Origin: a virus
Strand: one strand, 5' to 3'
IMG/VR virus record: IMGVR_UViG_3300012964_000009
Span: 1 to 15,150 of that record
DNA: 15,150 nt
In this document: piece after piece, positions 1-6,436 of the stretch
Numbering within the stretch: position 1 is the stretch's first letter
Layout: every line of letters starts with the position of its first letter
Notes under the pieces: generated by a model
What the model was told of the DNA's origin: nothing
Database searches by the model: none
Seen by the model: only the letters and a program-made list of their open reading frames with translations
Translations under genes and position numbers: made by a program

Positions 1-123
1 CGATAATATCAATACGTCCAACCTCTTGAAGCCCGACATAATTAACGCTTGATGTATCTCCCCCCAATGAAACTTCGGAAAGCTGACAAGGATTTGCAAT
101 GGGGCCCGTGTACCCACATGTAC
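1..123. repeat. Terminal direct repeat, copy 1 (identical to 15028..15150); overlap produced by linearising a circular molecule
   Basis: Read by eye: cgataatatcaatacgtccaacc...ggggcccgtgtacccacatgtac occurs at both window ends, 123/123 identical. Unit length is 15027 bp. The repeat lies inside an open reading frame. Confidence 0.95.
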
Positions 124-397
124 CGACTACTGCTGGTTCATACTTCATATACCCTGATACTGTGCTGCCGTTTCCATACCAAAGAGTATAATCGACTGTT
201 GTGCCAGTGGGGATGTCTATGGATATTCGTTGAACTGCCTCTCCCGTTGCTGTGTAATCCTGGGTAAGGTTTGTGGGATTTCCCGGGATAAGGATAAGTG
301 TGCCTCCCCCAAGAGGCTCCGCTGTTATCTCATATTCTGCTGACGCGAATGGGATAATAAGAGCTGCAATGAGGAGAACAAAAAGTATTGTTCTCAT
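1..397 (-). CDS. 5' part of a junction-spanning gene (300 aa in total): secreted or membrane protein with an N-terminal signal peptide
   Basis: The ATG at 397 overlaps the stop of the upstream gene (ATGA, 394-397). My translation is MRTILFVLLIAALIIPFASAEYEITAEPLGGGTLILIPGNPTNLTQDYTATGEAVQRISIDIPTGTTVDYTLWYGNGSTVSGYMKYEPAVVGTCGYTGPIANPCQLSEVSLGGDTSSVNYVGLQEVGRIDII. It stays open to base 1 and continues in frame at 15027. This part is not in the ORF track because it is cut by the window edge. Confidence 0.8.
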   Translation of the reverse strand, partial: MRTILFVLLIAALIIPFASAEYEITAEPLGGGTLILIPGNPTNLTQDYTATGEAVQRISIDIPTGTTVDYTLWYGNGSTVSGYMKYEPAVVGTCGYTGPIANPCQLSEVSLGGDTSSVNYVGLQEVGRIDII

Positions 398-2124
398 TTT
401 CTACCCATCCCCATTACGAGATATACAATGGTGAATACTGCAAAGAGTGGGATAAGTAATTTCATCCATCCTCTTACATCATTCATCATTGAACGATCTT
501 GGGCTGCATAACACGCATCGGTATCTTCCCCCCCCTCACACCCCGGCATAATAGTTACCACAACATCCCCATTTGCATTTGTGAGTACTGCGGTAGCTGT
601 TGCAGTTGCTCCGATGGTGATGGGCACCAACTCCATGCGGGTTGTGTCCGGGCCAAAGGATGAGGTTGTGAGGACGCGATCTCCCGATGTGTACCCGGTT
701 TTGGCTACTGTGAGGTGTATTGTGGATACGTTGGGTACTGACATTGTAACTGTACCGGCGCTGTTGGTTGTGGCGATCTGCTGTGTGCCGGCTGGCGTTG
801 TTGCTGATACGGATGCACCCTGCAAGGGTTTGTTGTTGGTAATGTCATTGACGATTACGATCAGGTTGACATTACCTAACCCGGGATCTCCCGATCCTCC
901 GCTGCCGGGCACTGCAAGAAGGTTTGTGGGCCACATGATGATCTCAAATGGCCCCGCTGCTGCTGTAACTCCTGTGCGGGTACTTGTAGTAAATCCGGTT
1001 GCATCTGCATATCCGCTTACGGTGTCCGTAGCTGCTGCGAAGATGTAATGAGATCCGTCAGCATCTGCTGTGGAGTTTGACCAAAGCCCTGTTGTATCAT
1101 CTGTAATCTGGATGTTTGCCCCATAGATTGCACCGGATGTAACTCCGTTAACTGCTGTGAACCATACACGGGATGAGCCGGATGGCGTTGGGGTAGGAGT
1201 AACTGGTGGAATTCCCCCGGATTCATTGAAGTAATTGAGAAATTTTACTGTGGAATTAATGGTATGTCCTGTTGCTGGAACATACATTGAGAATATTACA
1301 TCCGCCCCCACACTCACAACAGATTCGTCCGTGAATCCCGTTGTTCCAGTGTACACGAGGGAATTATTAGAATATATTTTTGTGAGAGATACAGATGATC
1401 CCGATTTAACAATATCTGAATTGAGCAACATTGTATTACTTATCTTCGTTAGGTTCGTTGCTGTGATAGTGTCTGTTGAAGTGGATTCATATGTGAAGTA
1501 GTTAGATCCCGCTGCATTGTACCATGCTCCTGATGTAGAATGATCCCACGTTATTTGCCTACCCCCACAATTCTGATATCCCCCTGCTGTTGGCCCTTGC
1601 TGATATCCAGTAATCTCACGATATGAAGGTATATCCGGCGTGAACGTGATATTTGGATTCATACAACCGGTGTATGTCATTGGTTCCCACGTATCGAAAT
1701 TAAGAAGAATCATCTCTGTATATGTAGAGAAGAACGTCCCATTATCAAATTGATACGTACCGGTTGCGATGGTGTTTGTTCCGAGTTTCAGCTCAAATGT
1801 TCCTGACTGGTCTGGGGCTGGGCCCGGTGCGGCAGATCCTTTTGAGAAGAACGCGTATTCGTTTGGAATCCCGATTGAATCAAAATTTAGATATACCCTC
1901 CGATTATCTCCACCCGTCACCGATGCACCAATATCCCAATTTGGTGTTCCGATGAATGGATCTTCAAGCGTGATCACTTCGGTGGATGCCTGTGCCTGGG
2001 GTGCGATAACAAGCGCAATGAGCAGAATGAACGCAAGGAATGCGACATAGTGGATCATCGCGTCGAAGCATGGGCCGAGTATGGCCTCTTTGCCATACCA
2101 TGTAGGATATTTTGGATATGTCAT
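394..2124 (-). CDS. 576-aa type I membrane surface protein; candidate virion spike (receptor-binding or fusion protein)
   Basis: The track ORF starts at a GTG (2151). The first ATG, at 2124, has AAGGAGAC 8 nt upstream and sits 1 nt after the TAA of the upstream gene. Signal or anchor: VAFLAFILLIALVIAPQAQA/STEV. Thr/Pro linker: PPVTPTPTPSGSS. Two roughly 80-aa segments resemble carboxypeptidase-regulatory (transthyretin-like) beta-sandwich domains (about 622..1170): RVWFTAVNGVTSGAIYGANIQITDDTTG... and GNVNLIVIVNDITNNKPLQGASVSATTPAGTQQIATTNSAGTVTMSV...AKTGYTS. C-terminal TM anchor: WMKLLIPLFAVFTIVYLVMGMGRK. There are 8 N-x-S/T sequons. Confidence 0.7.
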   Translation of the reverse strand: MTYPKYPTWYGKEAILGPCFDAMIHYVAFLAFILLIALVIAPQAQASTEVITLEDPFIGTPNWDIGASVTGGDNRRVYLNFDSIGIPNEYAFFSKGSAAPGPAPDQSGTFELKLGTNTIATGTYQFDNGTFFSTYTEMILLNFDTWEPMTYTGCMNPNITFTPDIPSYREITGYQQGPTAGGYQNCGGRQITWDHSTSGAWYNAAGSNYFTYESTSTDTITATNLTKISNTMLLNSDIVKSGSSVSLTKIYSNNSLVYTGTTGFTDESVVSVGADVIFSMYVPATGHTINSTVKFLNYFNESGGIPPVTPTPTPSGSSRVWFTAVNGVTSGAIYGANIQITDDTTGLWSNSTADADGSHYIFAAATDTVSGYADATGFTTSTRTGVTAAAGPFEIIMWPTNLLAVPGSGGSGDPGLGNVNLIVIVNDITNNKPLQGASVSATTPAGTQQIATTNSAGTVTMSVPNVSTIHLTVAKTGYTSGDRVLTTSSFGPDTTRMELVPITIGATATATAVLTNANGDVVVTIMPGCEGGEDTDACYAAQDRSMMNDVRGWMKLLIPLFAVFTIVYLVMGMGRK

Positions 2125-2125
2125 T

Positions 2126-2470
2126 TTAACGTCTCCTTGCCATTGCAACACCGATCAGAACTGCAATGAAAAATAACACTACTGCATTGGTATTAGCCCA
2201 TGCAATTAATGACGAGAGCCAATCACCCGGATCATCGAGGGGTGTTGTGCTCATCGGTTTCATTGAGAAAATATAAGAATCTCCATCAACGAGGGTTATT
2301 ACCGATGTGCTGTTGTAATAGCCGTACATTGTGCCATTGGGGTGATACACGATGATGTCACGCTCTGCGATGCCGCCGGGATTCGCCAGTGTGATTGTGT
2401 TGGCTTGTACCGGGAAAACTGCCAATGCGATAAGCACCAGCAATGTAAGAATAATGGTTTGTTTGTTCAT
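2126..2470 (-). CDS. 114-aa small type I membrane protein (signal peptide plus C-terminal TM anchor ending RRR)
   Basis: The ATG at 2470 is preceded by TTAGGAGTATGAT (SD). Signal: MNKQTIILTLLVLIALAVFPVQA/NT. C-terminal TM: AVVLFFIAVLIGVAMARRR. The stop lies 1 nt before the next ATG. Confidence 0.75.
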   Translation of the reverse strand: MNKQTIILTLLVLIALAVFPVQANTITLANPGGIAERDIIVYHPNGTMYGYYNSTSVITLVDGDSYIFSMKPMSTTPLDDPGDWLSSLIAWANTNAVVLFFIAVLIGVAMARRR

Positions 2471-2471
2471 A

Positions 2472-4265
2472 TCATACTCCTAATTTCTTTTCAAGTGCTG
2501 CTACTCGTGCTTCGAGTGCTGTGTTCTTTGCATCCTCTTCTTTCAGCGCTTGCACAAGATTGGCGATGATGGCGCGATCGTCAAAGGTATCTGTTGTTGT
2601 GCCTGTTGGAACAAATACAGATTCGTATTCATCCTCTTCGCTTGTTTTGCCTTTTTTTGTAATAACGTTCTTATAATATCCGTCCTGTTTTGTGGCTACT
2701 GCCTCTGGGATGATTAATTTTACATCACCAGCGATAAATCCGATTTTTGTTTGCCCGTCAGAATTGAGAGTATAAGAGGCCGGTTTTAGAGCCTTTGTTT
2801 TTGATATTGCGCTTCCATCATCAGAAAGATATTTTATATTCGATTTTACTTTGGCGTCCGATGTTGTATAGAGGACGCCGTTAGAATCTGCGTATACCGT
2901 CCCTGCCCCAAGTCCACGTATTCTTATGTCTGAATAATCATCAATTAATGCGGTTCCTGTTGTTCCACCAACCGATAGATTTCCGTTAGGGGATATCCTC
3001 ATCCGTTCTATCCCCTGAAGTGTGGTAGATGTCGGCGAGGTGTAAAATATTATATGCGTTGCTGCATTATATACTGTAGATCCGCCCCCCACGTTTAAAT
3101 ATGAGTATGGATTACTTGCTGCCGTAAAAAACATAGCTATAGACTCCTCGGAATTATTATAATGGCCATCTAAATAGTATGCATTTTTTGTCGTCATGTC
3201 CAAAACCGTACTTTGTAATCTAAACGAACCTATCACGTCAAGCGTAACCCCCCCGGGCGTTCTACCAATTCCAACCCTCCCCCCGTCGAGTTGTAAAATT
3301 ACATATGATGAAGTTTTCGTTGCGCTTGACGTGCCGTTAAGGATAAGGTCGTCGTTGGCTGCTGTGCCACCGGTGATTACCTGACCCCCCGGGAGACCGG
3401 GTTTGTAAGCATAGGATTCGTTGATCGCTGTTCCTGCTGGGCCGGGCGGGCCTTGTATTCCTTGAGATGTTATTGGTGATTCAATTTTTGATACACGGGA
3501 ATTGTCATCAAAATAAATTGTCGCTTCTCTCGCCGGTACACTGGTTGTGACAAGGTAATAGCGCATTATGAAGCGGTCGGTTGTATCCATTGGATATGCA
3601 TTGAGCAGAACGTATTCATCTATAAGACGTGTCACGCTGGTTGTGAGAGGTTGTCCTGTGAAACTGTATATCTGGTGTTCTGTGCCGTTGGTGTGGTATG
3701 CGGAGAGATTGTATGCGAGAGATGAAATCCCCGTTGATGTGCTGTCAATTTTGGCGTACGTGTACCACTTGCGATTGCCCGGGGGGAGTGCATTGATATT
3801 GGGGTCTCCTTCGGGCGTCATGAATTGGGCGATGAGTGTATAGGTTCCTGCTCCTGTGGATGTGGCGGATCGGTTGGATTCTTCGAGGTACGGGTATATC
3901 CTGCTCATCGATTGAAAAGAGGTATTCGCGGTTTCATTGGAATTGTGGAGGTAATAGACCACCGGCAATGTCATGGTCATATTTTCTGGACCCATTGGGC
4001 CTTGTGGGCCTTGTGGTCCTTGTAATGGGTTGGTGGGGCATAAGGGAGTCCATTCTGTGAGTGCGTATCGGCAGAAAAACGGTTGGCTTTCTACGGATGG
4101 GTTAATCTCTGCTGCGTGTGCAATTGGTGCAGTTAACAGAATGAATCCGAAGCCAACGCAGATCCACAGTATGATCCATGTTGCGAGTATGCATTTTTCC
4201 TGAAACGGAGTTCGTATAGGATCAGATTCAAAAACGGTATTGTCAGAAAAGATGCTAAAACTCAT
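2472..4265 (-). CDS. 597-aa membrane-anchored fibre protein: N-terminal TM, collagen-like G-X-Y runs, beta-rich shaft, C-terminal S74-type intramolecular chaperone (endosialidase-chaperone) domain
   Basis: ATG at 4265. TM or signal anchor: ILATWIILWICVGFGFILLTAPIAHA. Collagen-like runs: GPQGPQGPMGPE (3984..4019) and GIQGPPGPAGTA (3426..3461). Tail-fibre-like motif: GGRVGIGRTPGGVTLDVIGSF. The C-terminus (aa 469-597, 2475..2861) reads SDAKVKSNIKYLSDDGSAISKTKALKPASYTLNSDGQTKIGFIAGDVKLIIPEAV...IIANLVQALKEEDAKNTALEARVAALEKKL. This matches the S-D-x-x-x-K...GFIAQ-V...PE-V...coiled-coil pattern of phage tail-fibre autoproteolytic chaperone domains. Confidence 0.8.
   Translation of the reverse strand: MSFSIFSDNTVFESDPIRTPFQEKCILATWIILWICVGFGFILLTAPIAHAAEINPSVESQPFFCRYALTEWTPLCPTNPLQGPQGPQGPMGPENMTMTLPVVYYLHNSNETANTSFQSMSRIYPYLEESNRSATSTGAGTYTLIAQFMTPEGDPNINALPPGNRKWYTYAKIDSTSTGISSLAYNLSAYHTNGTEHQIYSFTGQPLTTSVTRLIDEYVLLNAYPMDTTDRFIMRYYLVTTSVPAREATIYFDDNSRVSKIESPITSQGIQGPPGPAGTAINESYAYKPGLPGGQVITGGTAANDDLILNGTSSATKTSSYVILQLDGGRVGIGRTPGGVTLDVIGSFRLQSTVLDMTTKNAYYLDGHYNNSEESIAMFFTAASNPYSYLNVGGGSTVYNAATHIIFYTSPTSTTLQGIERMRISPNGNLSVGGTTGTALIDDYSDIRIRGLGAGTVYADSNGVLYTTSDAKVKSNIKYLSDDGSAISKTKALKPASYTLNSDGQTKIGFIAGDVKLIIPEAVATKQDGYYKNVITKKGKTSEEDEYESVFVPTGTTTDTFDDRAIIANLVQALKEEDAKNTALEARVAALEKKLGV
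3987..4022. repeat. Imperfect 4 x 9-bp tandem repeat (tggacccat tgggccttg tgggccttg tggtccttg) encoding the first collagen-like run
   Basis: Read directly. Units 2-4 (3996..4022) differ by one base; unit 1 is more diverged. Confidence 0.8.
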
Positions 4266-4279
4266 ATAACCCTTTCTTG

Positions 4280-4308
4280 GTACCGGAAGATAATTAATCT
4301 ACCGGTAC
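4280..4308 (-). other. Stem-loop (7-bp stem GTACCGG/CCGGTAC, 15-nt AT-rich loop) in the 67-nt spacer between the 94-aa gene and the fibre gene
   Basis: gtaccgg (4280-4286) pairs with ccggtac (4302-4308). No T-tract follows on the minus strand, so it is not a classical terminator. Confidence 0.45.
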
Positions 4309-4332
4309 TTGTGAGAGGGTATTCAGACTTCG

Positions 4333-4617
4333 TTACATCCTTAATTTCGTCAGAATTGAATCGAAAAGATCCGGGAAGAACTTTGCCACTGCCATGACGA
4401 TAAAAAGTGGAATCAAGCCCAGGACAAGCGCTGTGAGGCTCGGGATGAGTGCAGTGATACCATCAACAAGTGGCCCCACTGTGCTGTTGATATCAAAGGT
4501 GACTGCCATCGCGGGTGCTGCGGTTACAACAGCTGCCGCGCCTGCGGTGATCGATAAGCGGTGCGCATGGATCTTGTCCATGAGTGAATCTTTCTTGGTT
4601 ACAACCTCTTCGGTCAT
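4333..4617 (-). CDS. 94-aa small double-hydrophobic protein; candidate major virion (capsid or membrane) protein, possibly N-terminally processed
   Basis: The track start at 4623 is TTG; the first ATG is at 4617 (MTEEVVTKKDSLMDKIHAHRLS...). An Ala-rich hydrophobic stretch ITAGAAAVVTAAPAMA has an AxA-like site (AMA/VT). It is followed by the strongly hydrophobic GITALIPSLTALVLGLIPLFIVMAVA and a short basic tail KFFPDLFDSILTKLRM. This is the first gene after the longest non-coding region, with a TATA-like box 22 nt upstream and no SD. Confidence 0.65.
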   Translation of the reverse strand: MTEEVVTKKDSLMDKIHAHRLSITAGAAAVVTAAPAMAVTFDINSTVGPLVDGITALIPSLTALVLGLIPLFIVMAVAKFFPDLFDSILTKLRM

Positions 4618-4639
4618 AATCAAACATCATCGCGTGCTC

Positions 4640-4647
4640 TATTTAAT
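4640..4647 (-). promoter_or_regulatory. TATA-like box (minus strand ATTAAATA), putative promoter of the structural (late) unit; leaderless geometry
   Basis: Exactly 22 nt separate the octamer from the ATG at 4617, and there is no SD in between. The spacing is the same as at 8483..8490. Confidence 0.45.
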
Positions 4648-5075
4648 GATTGCGCCTTGTATCTTTGTTCTTTACTTGTGTATATTTTGTGTTGGGATAT
4701 GTGCGCGCTATACAAAGACCAAAATTTATCCCGAAGTACTCAAAGCGGGATGGTAAAGGTGGAAGTTGGGTTATTGGAGTATTTCCATTAGAAATGGCGG
4801 TATGGAATGACCACAGGTATTCGCGTTTCCAGTTCTATGTACTGGGTACGGCGCGGTTGGGGTTTTGGGGAAGAGGGAAGCCGAGAGCGCTGGGAGTTTG
4901 ATGAAAAAGTCCTGGGGGATTTGGTATTGTTTGGTTGGGGCCGCACTATCTCAATATGGTTTGGCCGCTGAATTTGCTAATATAGTATGTGCAATTTCTT
5001 CTTGCTGCGTTTTACACAACACAATATAGTGCGTTGAACTGCTTTTGATCATCCACCATTGCAGATAACTGTGAT

Positions 5076-5080
5076 AAAAA
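5076..5080 (-). terminator. T5 tract (minus strand CTCTTTTTATC), putative oligo-T terminator of the early unit
   Basis: It lies 36 nt downstream of the stop at 5116 and is followed by about 450 nt without credible ORFs. Confidence 0.3.
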
Positions 5081-5115
5081 GAGGGATTCGTTTCTGCAAG
5101 TTGCGCATTGGGGAT

Positions 5116-5325
5116 TCATGGCTTTCTGGATTTCAGATAATCACAATACATTGGATAGAAAACAGATGCTATAATTACCCCAAGGAGTAGTGCAAATATT
5201 GGAAGTAATGATAACATAAGGCGCCACAACGGATCCAACATTATTACATAATCCGGAGTCAATGCCGATCCACAGTATGTCATGTTTGGTAAACACTCGC
5301 ACATCATAACACTCCATAGTGCCAT
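5116..5325 (-). CDS. 69-aa Cys-containing small membrane protein, hypothetical
   Basis: ATG at 5325. One TM (LMLSLLPIFALLLGVIIASVFY) and 5 Cys. No clear SD. It overlaps a possible 32-aa ORF (5304..5402) in another frame. Confidence 0.5.
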   Translation of the reverse strand: MALWSVMMCECLPNMTYCGSALTPDYVIMLDPLWRLMLSLLPIFALLLGVIIASVFYPMYCDYLKSRKP

Positions 5326-5398
5326 GCCATGTTGATGATGATCAGAAAGGCGAGCATTGCATTACCTGTGCATGGGTGGCAAAGGATTTGGGTGGGGG

Positions 5399-5533
5399 TC
5401 ATTCGCACCGCTTCCATTTTTCGTTTATCATTTCGGCGATTTTGTCATATTCTGATTCTGGGATTTCGAACCAGCTGCAATCAGATCCGGAAGGAAAGTC
5501 ACCTTCTAACTTTAATCCGATTTTAAAAATCAT
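5399..5533 (-). CDS. 44-aa small protein, hypothetical (below the ORF-track cut-off)
   Basis: My translation: MIFKIGLKLEGDFPSGSDCSWFEIPESEYDKIAEMINEKWKRCE. The ATG at 5533 is preceded by ACGGAGGCACCGAG (GGAGG, 7-nt spacing) and overlaps the end of the upstream gene. Confidence 0.5.
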   Translation of the reverse strand: MIFKIGLKLEGDFPSGSDCSWFEIPESEYDKIAEMINEKWKRCE

Positions 5534-6245
5534 CTCGGTGCCTCCGTGGGCTTGGGGTGCTGGTGCTCCGGAGGGATTCTATCGTTGTCTTTAATTGATT
5601 TCCATCGATCTCAAAATACGAGCATCCGTCGCATTTGCGTTCTCCGTTTCTTTGTCCAATACATCCACCTTCTGCTGAAATCTTATCGTCATAAAATGCA
5701 CAGGTTGTTAACGAATCTTCGATTTCTTTTAGCACGCCCTCGCGGGCTTGGGCGATAATGGCGGCGTCGTGCTTTGGTGTTGTGATGATGTTTGAGCATT
5801 TGGGGCAGGTATGTTCCGTTGTTTCCGGTGCTGCTTGGGATGGGATTTTTGCATTACGCCCGATTATATTATATGGTGCGGCGGGGGATGGGCGGGAACG
5901 GGTGTACTTACCGTGCCGTATTCCTGCAAGGAGCACTTGAATTTTAATTTCCAGTTCCTTGAGATCGACTGCTTCTTTCTCGATATTGATAAGTTCTGCA
6001 TAAATCGCATTGCCATCAAGGTCCTGCTGTGGCTGCTGTTGTGGATATGGGATGTGATTTAATCCCAGATCGCCATCGTCAATAGTTTCTGTTGCTTTCG
6101 GACATTTTCCATGATTGCAGATCCAGAAACAATCCCCCATAATCTTATCGCATTTGATCCATGCAACTCCATCGCCTTTGATTACAACAGATGCATCTTT
6201 GCAATGTTCCATCCCTTTGTGCTGCTGTGGCTGTGGGGGGTTCAT
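5523..6245 (-). CDS. 240-aa cysteine-rich protein (11 Cys, CxxC pairs), paralogue of the 174-aa protein; putative zinc-binding, function unknown
   Basis: The ATG at 6245 overlaps the upstream stop as ATGA. N-terminus: MNPPQPQQ; internal PYPQQQPQQ. Motifs RSRPSPAAP, HTCPKCS, AQAREGVLKEIE, KCDGCSY and ESLRSTS are shared, in the same order, with 6433..6957. Confidence 0.7.
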   Translation of the reverse strand: MNPPQPQQHKGMEHCKDASVVIKGDGVAWIKCDKIMGDCFWICNHGKCPKATETIDDGDLGLNHIPYPQQQPQQDLDGNAIYAELINIEKEAVDLKELEIKIQVLLAGIRHGKYTRSRPSPAAPYNIIGRNAKIPSQAAPETTEHTCPKCSNIITTPKHDAAIIAQAREGVLKEIEDSLTTCAFYDDKISAEGGCIGQRNGERKCDGCSYFEIDGNQLKTTIESLRSTSTPSPRRHRDDF

Positions 6246-6436
6246 CGCCGATTCTCCTCACAAAACTTATTCCAAAGATCGTCTATCTTCTTTTGCTCCA
6301 CGTCGCACTTTTTGCAATACTCATCGAACAAAACATCACACGCCTTATCGTGCTTCGCTTGGGCTTCGTGGAGTTTATCATACTGTTCTTGTGTGAAATT
6401 TATTCCGTGTATTGAACACGGCCTGTCTTTACTCAT
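6242..6436 (-). CDS. 64-aa Cys-containing small protein, hypothetical
   Basis: ATGA overlaps at both ends (6433-6436 and 6242-6245). Sequence: MSKDRPCSIHGINFTQEQYDKLHEAQAKHDKACDVLFDEYCKKCDVEQKK... Confidence 0.6.
   Translation of the reverse strand: MSKDRPCSIHGINFTQEQYDKLHEAQAKHDKACDVLFDEYCKKCDVEQKKIDDLWNKFCEENRR

Noticed and set aside
1-123. Terminal repeats as LTRs, IS or transposon ends, or biologically meaningful DTRs of a linear phage
   Set aside because: The repeat is direct, lies in the middle of a coding frame and restores a single intact gene when the ends are joined. No transposase or integrase is present. A linear genome with a real DTR cannot be strictly excluded without reads.
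4859-4870. TTGGGGTTTTGGGG as a genuine telomeric repeat
   Set aside because: It is a single occurrence inside a circular replicon with no tandem array. I keep it only as part of a possible G-quadruplex-forming tract.
4394-4901. Plus-strand ORFs 4394..4756 and 4650..4901 reaching into the long non-coding region
   Set aside because: The first is mostly antisense to the 94-aa gene. The second has no SD or TATA context and an implausible composition. I cannot exclude a small plus-strand transcript, but nothing supports one.
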